The notes beneath the pieces were generated by a model. It was not told the origin of the DNA. It did not search any database and saw nothing but the letters and a program-made list of their open reading frames with translations. Shown here one piece after another: positions 1-10,172 of a stretch of 20,000 nt of DNA. The stretch is from Hydrurus foetidus (Eukaryota). A program made the translations under genes and the position numbers. The stretch spans positions 44,182-64,181 of the forward strand of contig UYFQ01000417.1 of NCBI GenBank assembly GCA_900617105.1, in the 5' to 3' direction. The first letter of the stretch is position 1; every line of letters starts with the position of its first letter.

Positions 1-94
1 GAAAAAACGTATTTATGGAACTCGCATCATTTACATTTCATACATCACCCTTGTACACAAAACGATATTATTTCAGAATTAATAAACAATGCAT

Positions 95-798
95 GAGTCG
101 AATCGCTGCCTATTTCGGCGCACCAGACTTGGAATTTTACATCGCGCCTATTTACACATCTGTCGGATTCAACAAATGTAGAAGTCGGATCGCTGTCGAG
201 TTCTGCGCACCGGACTTTGAATTTTACATCGCGCCTACAGCAACAACTGCGGAGTCAACACATGTAGGAGTCGGATCGGTTGGGGTTCTGCGCACCAGAC
301 TTTAAGTCGTACATCGCGCCCGTCGGAGTCACACATGTAGGAGTCAGATCACTGTCGAGTTCTGCGCACCGGACTTTGAATTTTAAATCACGCCTACAGC
401 AACAACTGTCGGAGTCAACACATGTAGGAGTCGGATCAGTTAAGGTTCTGCGCACCAGACTTTGAGTTCTACATTGCGCCCATTATTGCGGTTGTCTGTG
501 CCATCTCGCAGCTGCTGCTGATCAATCGCCAGTTTTCCGTTGTGTGTCGCAACAAGAAGGAGTCGAATCGCTGCATCGTTGTGCACACCAGACTTTGAGT
601 TTTACAAGTGGCCCTTCCATGAAGCTCCATGAGCCATCATATATACGAGTCAAATCGCTGCTCAGTTCTGCGCACCAGACTTTGAAAACGACTGACCAAG
701 GCATCTCGGAGCTGAGGCTGATCAATTCCTACAAATTGAAGTGGGTCGCAACAAGTAGCAGTCGAATCGCTGCCCAGTTCTATACACCAGACTTATGC
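95..798. repeat. Degenerate array of 8 copies of a ~39-nt motif (GAGTCGGATCGCTGTCGAGTTCTGCGCACCAGACTTTGA) with variable spacers
   Basis: Copies start near 95, 182, 268, 341, 428, 560, 647 and 760. Periods are about 87, 86, 73, 87, 132, 87 and 113 nt. Early spacers resemble each other; later ones are largely unique. Confidence 0.85.
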
Positions 799-1056
799 GT
801 TCTATGCAACCCCCTCTCAAATGGGCTTCACGCAATTTGTCGTGGCTCTTCCAGCAATTTGAGTTCCGTCGTGAATGCAGTTCAGAAAATTTCTCTATTT
901 CCCAGAAGAAAGCATGAACTGCAGAACTGCTCAATGTCCAACATGAAATTTCCGGCACCTGAGCGAAAATTAGTGGCATCACAGAATCCACTGACGCCTA
1001 AGTCCATCTTCTGTGATCATGACCTGCCCTTCGGCAATGGAATGATATGCAGAAGT

Positions 1057-1104
1057 TAGTAGTGGGTAGTGGGTAGTGGTGTAGGGTGTAGGTGTAGGTG
1101 TAGA
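1057..1104. repeat. Short G-rich microsatellite (TAGTGGG)n/(GTAGGT)n
   Basis: Read directly: tagtagtgggtagtgggtagtggtgtagggtgtaggtgtaggtgtag. Confidence 0.7.
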
Positions 1105-1111
1105 GTTGACG

Positions 1112-1358
1112 TAGTTGACTGAGTACTTTGGCCGAGCTGGCCGAGCTGGCCGAGCTGGCTGAGTTGGCCGAGCTGGCCGAGCTGGCTGAGTTGGCCGAGC
1201 TGGCCGAGCTGGCCGAGCTGGCCGAGCAGGCCGAGTACTGGCCGAGTTGGCCGAGTTGGCCGAGATGGCCGAGAAAATGAAATTCAGCTCGACCAAGACC
1301 TCGGCCAGTGGCCGAGGCCGAGCTGGCCGAGCTGAACTCGGCCCGGCCACCAGCCCTA
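1112..1358. mobile_element. hAT right-hand end (9-nt TGGCCGAGC subterminal repeats plus TIR) of an element extending leftwards
   Basis: Direct repeat of 14522-14759, differing by one 9-nt unit. It ends in CGGCCACCAGCCCTA, whose reverse complement TAGGGCTGGTGGCCG resembles Ac/hAT termini. Confidence 0.75.
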
Positions 1359-1420
1359 AGTTTCAGCCCACAAGAAGGAGATGCGAAACGACAAACGATG
1401 TTCTATGCTCCGTAGGGGTG

Positions 1421-3018
1421 GTGGCCGAGCTTACCGACCCTCCTCGGCCAGGCCGAGCTTAGTTCATGATCAGCTCGGCCACGGCCGAGGCGCCACTCGG
1501 CCACATTTCTTGGCCGAAGCTGGCCGAGCCATTTCGGCCTGGCCGAGCCATTTCTGTCTGGTCGAGCCATTTCCGCCTGGCCGAGCTAGTTCGGTCTGGC
1601 CGAGCTAGTTCGGTCTGGCCGAGCCATTTCGGCCTGGCCGAGCCATTTCGGCCTGGCCGAGCCATTTCGGTCTGGCCGAGTCATTTCGGTCTGGCCGAGT
1701 CATTCGGGTCTGGCCGAGTCATTTGGGTCTGGCCGAGCTAGTTCGGTCTGGCCGAGCCAGTTCAGTCTGGCCGAGCCAGTTCAGTCTGGCCGAGCTATTT
1801 CGGTCTGGCCGAGCCATTTCGGTCTGGCCGAAATGGCTCTGGCCAGTCAAATTTAGCTCGGCCAGACGAGCTGGCTCAGCTGCCATTTCGGTCTGGCCGA
1901 GCCATTTCGGTCTGGCCGAGCCAGTTCGGTCTGGCCGAGCTAGTTCGGTCTGGCCGAGCTATTTCGGTCTGGCCGAGCCATTTCGGTCTGGCCGAGCCAT
2001 TTGGGTCTGGCCGAGTCATTTTGGTCTGGCCGAGCATTCGGTCTGGCCGAGCCATTTCGGTCTGGCCGAGCATTTCGGTCTGGCCGAGCTAGTTCAGTCT
2101 GGCCGAGCATTTGGGTCTGGCCGAGTCATTTTGGTCTGGCCGAGTCATTCGGGTCTGGCTGAGTCATTTGGGTCTGGCCGAGTCATTTTGGTCTGGCCGA
2201 GTCATTTCGGGTCTGGCTGAGTCATTTGGGTCTGGCCGAGCCATTTCGGTCTGGCCGAGCTCATTCGGTCTGGCCGAGCATTTGGGTCTGGCCGAGCATT
2301 TCGGTCTGGCCGAGCCATTTCGGTCTGGCCGAGCCATTTCGGTCTGGCCGAGCCATTTCGGTCTGGCCGAGCCATTTCGGTCTGGCCGAGCCATTTCGGT
2401 CTGGCCGAGCCATTTCGGTCTGGCCGAGCATTCGGTCTGGCCGAGCTCATTTCGGTCTGGCCGAGTCATTTCGGTCTGGCCGAGCTATTTCGGTCTGGCC
2501 GAGCCATTTCGGTCTGGCCGAGCCATTTCGGTCTGGCCGAGCCATTTCGGTCTGGCCGAGCCATTTCGGTCTGGCCGAGCCATTTCGGCCTGGCCGAGCC
2601 AGTTCGGTCTGGCCGAGCTAGTTCAGTCTGGCCGAGCTAGTTCGGTCTGGCCGAGCCATTTCGGTCTGGCCGAGCCATTTCGGTCTGGCCGAGCTAGTTC
2701 GGTCTGGCCGAGCCATTTCGGCCAGACTGGCTCGAGCCGAACTAGGTCTGGCCGAGCCATACTCGGCTTCTCGGCCGACCCAAATGGCTCAGCCTGCCGA
2801 GCTAGTTCGGTCTGGCCGAGCCATTTCGGTCTGGCCGAGCCATTTCGGTCTGGCCGAGCCATTTCGGCCTGGCCGAGCCATTTCGGTCTGGCCGAGCCAT
2901 TTCGCTCTGGCCGAGCTAGTTCGGCCTGGCCGAGCTAGTTCGGTCTGGCCAAGCCATTTGGGTCTGGCCGAGCCATTTCGGTCTGGCCGAGTCATTTGGG
3001 TCTGGCCGAGCCATTTCG
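1421..3018. repeat. Subterminal minisatellite, ~19-nt unit TGGCCGAGCCATTTCGGTC (18-20 nt variants, roughly 80 units)
   Basis: Read directly. It shares the TGGCCGAG core with the right-end 9-mer array. There are locally inverted patches near 1825-1880 and 2720-2795. Confidence 0.95.
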
Positions 3019-3155
3019 TTCTGCATAGCCTGGGCATGACGGTACAATGTATGACCGAAAGATGTTTTTTGAGATCACACCAAGGTCTTCCCACTGAGAC
3101 AAGAAGTGTATCTTCTTCATCGAAATAACAAAAAATGTTAGTATTAATATAAATT

Positions 3156-3820
3156 CTAAAACAATCTCTTTTCATCATGTTTTACGACCCCTTTTGCTGT
3201 GCGTTCTGCTCTTTTATTTTGATAGATTTCAGCAGTATTCCAAGCGTCATGGAGAAAAATCAGGGCGCTTGCATCATCTGAGGTAAGTGACGATCGAAGT
3301 TTTGTGATAGTTAGACCTGCCATTGAGAAAACTCTCTCTGACGGGGCCGAAGTCGCAGGAATACACAAGACACGTCTAGCTAAGCTGCTTAATAGAGGCA
3401 AAGTTTTTTCTTTTTTCTTCCACCAAATTAGTGGATTATTCAATACCCTTACACCGTCCACTTTACAGGATAGAGCTATTGACTCCATATTGTCTCTATA
3501 GTTCTGAATCTCTGCATCTACCTTACTTTGAAGGATAGCCTCGGAATGGACACGAACAGTTGGTCTGCGGATAGAGTTCCTCAAGTTAGAAAAGAGACCC
3601 CCATAGAGTTCATTATCACTATTCGTTTCATTAGCTTCATCCTCTGGGATCTCATCTACGGAAGTGTCACTTTCTTTTGCTATCCTCAGCACCTCTCCTC
3701 GAATGTGATTGACTATTTGATCCACATCCGCCTGTGGAATACATGACATATCTTTCGTTCTAGGATCTAGGAAGGAAGCCATTAAAGTCTTCTTGGGAAT
3801 CCCCTTCTGCCTCTGTTTGG
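3156..3820 (-). pseudogene. hAT transposase C-terminal fragment (dimerisation domain), 5'-truncated at the Tc1-like TIR
   Basis: Motifs ASFLDPRTK and NPLIWWK..LPLLSSLARRVLCIPATSAPSERVFSMAG. The ORF-track start (3890) lies inside the inserted TIR and is an artefact. Confidence 0.9.
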
Positions 3821-4101
3821 CAGTGGACACACACCCCCGAACAGTACATTCCGACATTCCGAACATCGACACACTCAACCCAATCTTCAAACATCACAAT
3901 CCTAAAGGTAGACATTCTTTCACACAGCATAGAATTCACTCCTGAGCAGCTGATAACCTCGACAACGTCAGGACAATCAAGGTGCTGCTGTTCAATTCTG
4001 AAATCGGACAAAAATTGACTTCAAAATCGATTTGACAATATCGAATTTTGAAAATTTTATCATCTCATCATCGTTTTTCACATTACAATCGAATGCAGTC
4101 A
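3821..4101 (+). repeat. Left long TIR of the Tc1-like element
   Basis: Reverse complement of 14228-14499. The inner ~230 bp look identical; the outer ~50 bp are diverged. Confidence 0.93.
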
Positions 4102-4121
4102 TAAAAGGAGAGAGCTCGTAG

Positions 4122-6699
4122 ATGGATCTTAGACGTGAGAGGAAATCAAAGTCACGTGCTTCCGATGTTGACGAAGAGGATGATGATCGTGACTATTTCA
4201 CAGTATCGCACCAGTCAACGAAGAAAAAGCAAAGCAAAGCTAAGAAAGCGTACGTCAAACTGTATCTTACGCGAGAAGCAGAGTTTCACCACTAATCGTA
4301 TTTTCTTTGATACTTAATCCCGTCAGCAAAGTCTTGTCAGCTGCTAAAGATGCATCTCGCACACCTGCTTTAACTCAGCCACGTAGCCCTTACGAGAAGC
4401 AAGTATCGCCACTCGCCAACAACGTGTACGTCACAAATTCCTTCGCTTCTACGAGCACACTATCAGCTTCTCCATCTTGATTCCTATCTAATGCTTGCGT
4501 TTTCTTTTCTCAGTGAGGCTTTTGCAAGTCACACTGTTGTTACAGCTGACCGTCACCGTTCGAGTCCTCCGAGACGAGATCCAGAGGAAGAAGAGGACAG
4601 ATTTGAGGCGTACTTATCTGAGAGCACTAAATGTCCTTCCCCATGCGTTCTGTGAGTGTCAAGTTCATGATGTATTCATCGTTGAGCTCTCAATATTTTA
4701 CTAAAAAGCTGACCTTATTTTTCATTATCTATTATCAGGGTTGAGAAGGCTACGTCATCAGCGAAGGATAATTCTCAAAATGTAGTTACAACAAATATAG
4801 CAAATGTGAATAAGCATACTAAAATTTATCCTGTTCCAGAGAGAGAAAAGTTTGAATTTGAGATAACAATAAAAATTTTACAAACTAGTAGATCGAACAG
4901 AAATAAGCTGACACTTTCACGTGATGTGTTAGAAACAATAATTGGCAGAGTAACCAGTTTGGAATATTTAGAAGACAATACTAATGTAACGTCGACAGAG
5001 GAAGAAAATTGCGAAAATGGATACTACATACGTGCTATCGGTTTAATAAATGTCCTATGTTATCATGTACTAAGTATGTACGACAAAGTGAACAGCACTA
5101 ACACAAGTGGAATATGGGATGTAAGTAAAAATAACATTTAAAAATGCCTAGAATTATCTTGCTCTATTGTTAACATTTTCGAAAACACATATTGTACTCT
5201 TCCTAGATAAACATTGCAGCTGGTTTCGTTTACAGCACGAAAGAAAAAAATGGTACAAGTACATTTTTAGTTCCAGATCCAACCGACAATATTCCGCTAC
5301 AATCAACTTGTTATCCCCAAGGCCGCGGGAAAGCTTCCTTGTACGGATCTCCTTACTCGGTGTGTCTTGGGTTTCCATTGAATTCCTCAAAGATGACAAC
5401 GAAACTCAAAATTGAGCAACAGAAGCTCTTCCTATCGACAGTTGCAGAAGAAAAAGAAATTATTTACGATGATGTATTTGGTTCTTCCGAGTTTTTGATT
5501 ACAATGCTCAATGGTGGTGTTCGAGCCGCAAAACTAGCTTACACACGAGCGCATTTGAAAGTTATGAAAATGCAGAATAAGAATACACAGGTACTCCCAT
5601 CATACAATTTAAATCAAAACGTTTAAATCTACAAATCATTTTAATCTCACATCTTTTCCTAATTTCCCACATTCAAACAGTTTTTCTTAGTGAATGATTC
5701 AGACTATGGTAAAGCAACTGAAATTGCAGGTGGTAACATTGAGAATGATTTAAATAGAGGAATACTCGAAAATGGTGCTGCAAAAGCAGCATCAATAATG
5801 AGAAAAAAGACCGCTCTTAATGATGTAATATATACGATGGTTACATCTAAATATTTTCAAGACAATTACAGGTACACAATCTCTAATGATGCCTGCCTAT
5901 AGAGCTTTATATAATCAATTGTATCAAACTTATTGATACTGTTACATGCTTACCAATATACAGTTTTGAAGGCTCAGTTCATAACTACTACGGAGTACGC
6001 GATGCACGTTACTTTTCGAATGTTGCTGCTGACTTGTTTCTCGGGTCCTCTTCAGGCAACATTATTCTTGAAGGCAACCCATGGAAATGGGATGCAAACG
6101 TCTGGAATTTGAAATATAATTTTGAGGTCAATAGTGATTTTCCTAGTAATATGACATGGGAATCCAATTTAAGAGCAGCGTCACATAATTTGTGTTTCTG
6201 TCATAGAGGGGAAAGACAATCAAATATTATGTTAGAATCTCAAAATAACATACTAAGCTTACCTCTCAATAAGGATGACTTCTCGAAATTAAGAAATGAC
6301 TTCCCTAATACACCACATCTTGTATTCATTGCTGAAGCATTAAGAAGCGTAATGAAATCATTAAAAAAACAAATATATGTGAGACATCCCCACTTCAAAG
6401 GAAGTTTGAATTATATTAACAACGGGATATCATTCCGTTATATAATCAATCAATTAGCTAACAATACAGGGGAATTTCATGATTTGACCGTCTTACTGCT
6501 GTACTCTTTACCGTCTAAGTGCAATGATTTACTTGAGCAGATTTCAAATATCAATGATGTCATTCGCAGCATTCGCGAAAGAATGCCATTGATAAAGAGA
6601 ACAATCCATTATATAAAAATGTATGATTCTGAATTTGATGCATCACAAGAGTCTTACATTTCTTCACAAGAGTCAATCAGCAATTTTGATTCAAATTGA
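4122..6699 (+). CDS. Uncharacterised 7-exon gene (~685 aa) carried inside the Tc1-like element
   Basis: Hand-built exons 4122-4249, 4327-4425, 4514-4651, 4739-5120, 5207-5590, 5681-5871 and 5964-6699 sum to 2058 nt with consistent phases. The six GT-AG introns are 77-92 nt. The model links ORF-track pieces at 4806, 5339, 5690 and 6034. N-terminus MDLRRERKSKSRASDVDEEDDD..STKKKQSKAKK. I recognise no domain. Confidence 0.75.
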
Positions 6700-6765
6700 T
6701 TTTCGCAGAAAATTGTGTTTTACTAAGATATTTTATCACACTGTACATAATCTTAACTCTAACTA

Positions 6766-7999
6766 TCATCTCCCACTTGCACGGTATCTTTCCTCTGCTG
6801 TGACGTTTATATGACAGTGAACAAATAAGTTGCAAGCCACATCACCAGTAATACAATTATACAACGCATGTTCAAAGTTCTTAGATACAGGAAACTTGGG
6901 ATCATCAGACGGCCACTTACTGCGACAAAAGTCTTTGGCCCGATGGAATACAAGCTCAATAGGGTTATAGTCATAACTGTAAGGTTCGAAAAAAACAGCA
7001 ATAACACCATACTCTTCACACAGAGTCACAATAGCTGCCTTATTATGTACAGGGGCATTATCATTGAACAGCACACTCTTCTCCTGAGGATAGGGGTTCA
7101 TCAATGGGAGTATCTTTTCCTCGAGAATCTTTAAGTAAGTTTCTCCATCAATAATATCCTCATGTATCGACACCATCTCTATTCCTTTTAAAGACATAGC
7201 AGCAAGGGCTGAGCAACCACCTGAAGAATATATGTATACGACACTCGGTTACAATAACACTTGTGGAGATACTGTTCTTATCGCTAAAATTACTTGTGTA
7301 GTTGATGTACCTCTATGTCCAAGTCTGTTGTACAGGTAGATAAAAGCTCTCACGTTCCTCGGCGATCTACCGTAGCGACGACGTATGGCTTTCTCAGTTA
7401 TATGACTGGAGCAATACATAGTATACGGAATTGTTAACACGAGCAATTAGAAATTGATCCTCTTGACTTTTACATTACCTCTCGTCAACGTAAAAACGCT
7501 GCTCAGCTGTGTAGATACTGGTGACTTGGAGAAAATACTGTCGTTTTATTTCATTTTGCTCTTTGGCGTGGACTTCTAATACTTTGCGAGTGACGTTTTT
7601 GCTTCTTAATCCCTGCCAAATCTGACTAACTGTAAATGTTCCAAATTCAGACGTTTGCAAGAAGTCCGCCATTTCGTGCACATAAAGGGTTGGATTAACT
7701 TTCAACTTGGAGAGTAATGCGTCCAGTGCTTGAGTTGGAATCCCAATCCAGTGCTTTTTCCCTTGACCTCTGTACTTGGGATCTGATGTATTCAATATGA
7801 AATTGACCGAAGTTACTTTTTGTTTGCTGCAAAACATCGCGAGAAATTTCTCACCAATCGATTCCCCATGTTTCCGATGTCTTATAAGCCTCCAGACTGT
7901 CCGAGAAGAACATCCAAAATGAACTGACGCTTCCATAGCATGAACCTCGTGATGGCCATGAGAGTCCATGTAATTCAGGATTAACTCACGGACTTGCTT
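6766..7999 (-). CDS. IS630/Tc1-type DD34E transposase (~363 aa reconstructed), disrupted by the LTR insertion; first 7 codons lie at 14236-14216
   Basis: Exons (14236-14216 + 7999-7479), 7405-7311 and 7220-6766 sum to 1092 nt. Motifs FYVDES, RRYGRS, LFNDNAPVH and PYSYDYNPIE, with 34 residues between the second D and the E. Removing the LTR element and one TSD restores MQSMTICKQVRELILNYMDSH in frame. Confidence 0.9.
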
Positions 8000-8003
8000 G
8001 CAG

Positions 8004-8209
8004 TGTGGTCGGACCGGCTATACCGGGCCTACGGGCCGTACCGGACCTAGTCCCGATCCATCCGATCCTACCGCCTACTGTACACATACATCTCTAGCGC
8101 AGCTGCTAGCTAGCTCTAGCCTACTCGTAGAAGTTACCCTAGCTTCTAGCTTAGACTTGTAACTAACTAACACCTCCTCTCTATCGACCTACTTCCTATC
8201 CGGACTACA
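8004..8209 (+). repeat. 5' LTR (206 bp)
   Basis: TGTGGTC...GACTACA. One mismatch seen against the 3' LTR (TCTAGC vs TCAAGC). Confidence 0.97.
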
Positions 8210-9151
8210 ATAGCGCTATTAGTCCAATCTTTTCTCTGCTACCTCTCCTTCCATCTACTCGTCCCAACCTGTAGATAAGACTTCTGAGCACCAGCTCAAC
8301 GACTTTCGAGTCGTTTTCTTCTGCAGCCATTGGCTCAGAAGACCCTAGTCTAAGTTAGAGAAAGTCAGATTACCTGCTTTCTTGGAATCCCCGTGCATTG
8401 GGCTCTTCCAAACTTGACATTTTGGTCGAAGTTGATTTATCCTTCCCAGAAGTCATTTAAGACTTGCTCCGCTGGTCGATCGAATCACAGATTCATCACC
8501 AGAGACACAAAGTTAGTCTATAGACTTCTTTTCGTCGACGTTGAGCAACGTCTTCTACCTTAAAGGTACTCCATATTTTCTACCACTCTAAATTTGGCTT
8601 TCACGCCATAGAACTTTTCAGTTCAAGAGTTGGTTAGAATCTCTTTATTCGTTGTTACTGACGTTACAGTACCCGTTCGTGAACGAGGCGAAGCTCTGGA
8701 AAAATTTTCCTGAGCAGGGCTAACCTCTTCACAGAGATACAGCCATTTTTCTTCGGAGAAATATCTCGAGCGAATAAACGATTTCTGCTCATCTTTTGAC
8801 AAGAGATACATAGAGAATTCGCATGCGGACATCATTGTCCCTTCGGATAATGATCTCTAGTATCCTATAGAATCGTTTACACCGAGTTCTGGTTGAATTC
8901 GAGATCATCCTGCTGAGTTATGAACTTAGCGCGACATCGTCGTTCTCGACTAATTTTTATCAGGTTTTGACCTAGAAAAGGTCAGAACCTCTAGAAAGAT
9001 GCCTAACAGTCATATAAACATGATCTGAAGCTTCTAATCTCTCGAATCGCTCTCAGTAGAGAGATATCGACGATTAAAGAAAATATCCTCCAAGGATTAC
9101 TGACCATCCTGAGTTCGGGGTTCGAGCCCCAGTAGGGGTGGGTCACCTTTT
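8210..9151 (+). ncRNA. Putative large structured RNA domain (chain of 20 or more hairpins) in the position normally occupied by gag
   Basis: No plus-strand ORF of 60 aa or more. Dense stem-loops, including UUCG-type loops (8298-8315, 8751-8756). Compensatory substitutions relative to the copy at 19498-20000. Confidence 0.75.
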
Positions 9152-9412
9152 CGTACATTTGAAAATGTCGTATTTTTTTTTTTTAGTTTTCAATATGTGG
9201 GTACACATTTTGTAACAATTTAACAACAGATTTCAAGTCTTTACAAGATTTTGAGACTGTAAACATTTCAAAAAAAAAAAAAAAAACATTTCACGCTTTC
9301 ACGCTTCTTACACAGCTCTATGCTAAGTAAATATATTGCAATGCAATATTACGCATTGATTGAAAAAGTGATCGTAAGTGAAATCAACCTCTTGCCTGCA
9401 CACAACACCGGT

Positions 9413-10172
9413 TAGCCATCAGAGAGGCACTGATCAATCTGTGTGGGGTACAGCGAATTCATAAAGGGTTTTATTTCATTTTACATGATATAAATTCTTA
9501 ACGTTATACACCTTTGTTAACCTGCCCGAAGGGCCATAACGGTGTGTAGCGGTCGCAAGGATCAATATAACTTGCGATTTAACAATCCTCTTTCATTCGA
9601 TGGTGAATGCAATAGCATCAGCCTGCCCATAAGGGTATACCGAAAAACAAATATCGACATATTATTTAGCCGAAACAACACTCAGCCGGGACAAATCCAA
9701 GGTACATCCTTGCCCAGGACTGCGTGGCTGTCACTTTCGATAATGATGTCTTTAATCTGACTGATGATCATGTCGAAGTGCAGCCACATGTACCTATTCG
9801 AAAACGAATATCAACATATTATTCAGCCGAGACAACACTCAGCCGGGACAAAACCAAGGTACATCCTTGCCCAGGACTGCGTGGCTGTCACTTTCGATAA
9901 TGATGTCTTTAATCTGACTGATGATCATGTCGAAGTGCAGCCACATGTACCTATTCGAAAACGAATATCAACATATTATTCAGCCGAGACAACACTCAGC
10001 CGGGACAAAACCAAGGTACATCCTTGCCCAGGACTGCGTGGCTGTCACTTTCGATAATGATGTCTTTAATCTGACTGATAATCATGTCGAAGTGCAGCCA
10101 CATGTACCTATTCGGAAGACGGAAATTGGCATATTATTTAGCCGTGATACGGTAAATAAGTATGACATTTAA
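9413..10172 (+). pseudogene. Possible decayed aspartic protease remnant
   Basis: Frameshifted fragments in retropepsin-like order: EALIN (9424-9438; N where the D of D-T/S-G is expected), GFIS, VCSG (9542), and IDILFSR / EIGILFSRDTVNKY (compare the DxILGRD motif). Broken by stops and a 157-bp tandem repeat. Recognised by eye only. Confidence 0.45.
9638..10144. repeat. 157-bp tandem repeat, ~3.2 copies
   Basis: AACACTCAGCCGGGACAAA occurs at 9677, 9834 and 9991. The central copies are nearly identical. Confidence 0.95.

Noticed and set aside
95..798. CRISPR array
   Set aside because: Repeats are degenerate, spacer lengths vary widely and are partly homologous, there are no cas genes, and the context is eukaryotic.
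1057..1104. Interstitial telomere
   Set aside because: Units are irregular and do not match a constant TTAGGG or TTTAGGG repeat.
979..3178. Many ORFs with ARP/GRA/WPS/LAE repeats
   Set aside because: They are translations of the 9-nt and 19-nt DNA repeats, open in many frames on both strands, not genes.
3760..4011. ORF MSDFRIEQQHL... (also 14318-14500)
   Set aside because: An outward-reading chance ORF with a TTG start inside the TIRs, duplicated only because the TIR is.
8095..8106. A-box-like or self-priming sequence TAGCGCAGCTGC in the LTR
   Set aside because: Not conserved in the sister LTR at 19292-19497, and only 6 nt are complementary to the PBS-position palindrome.
8623..8835. Antisense gag or accessory ORF (70 aa)
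   Set aside because: Short, with no motif. Substitutions against the second copy follow stems rather than codon phase.
9755..9830. Hammerhead ribozyme in the 157-bp repeat (CTGATGA...GAAA)
   Set aside because: GAAA is not adjacent to stem II, stems I and III cannot be built, and the third copy reads CTGATAA. CTGACGA in copy 2 of the RNA domain is CTGACGT in copy 1.
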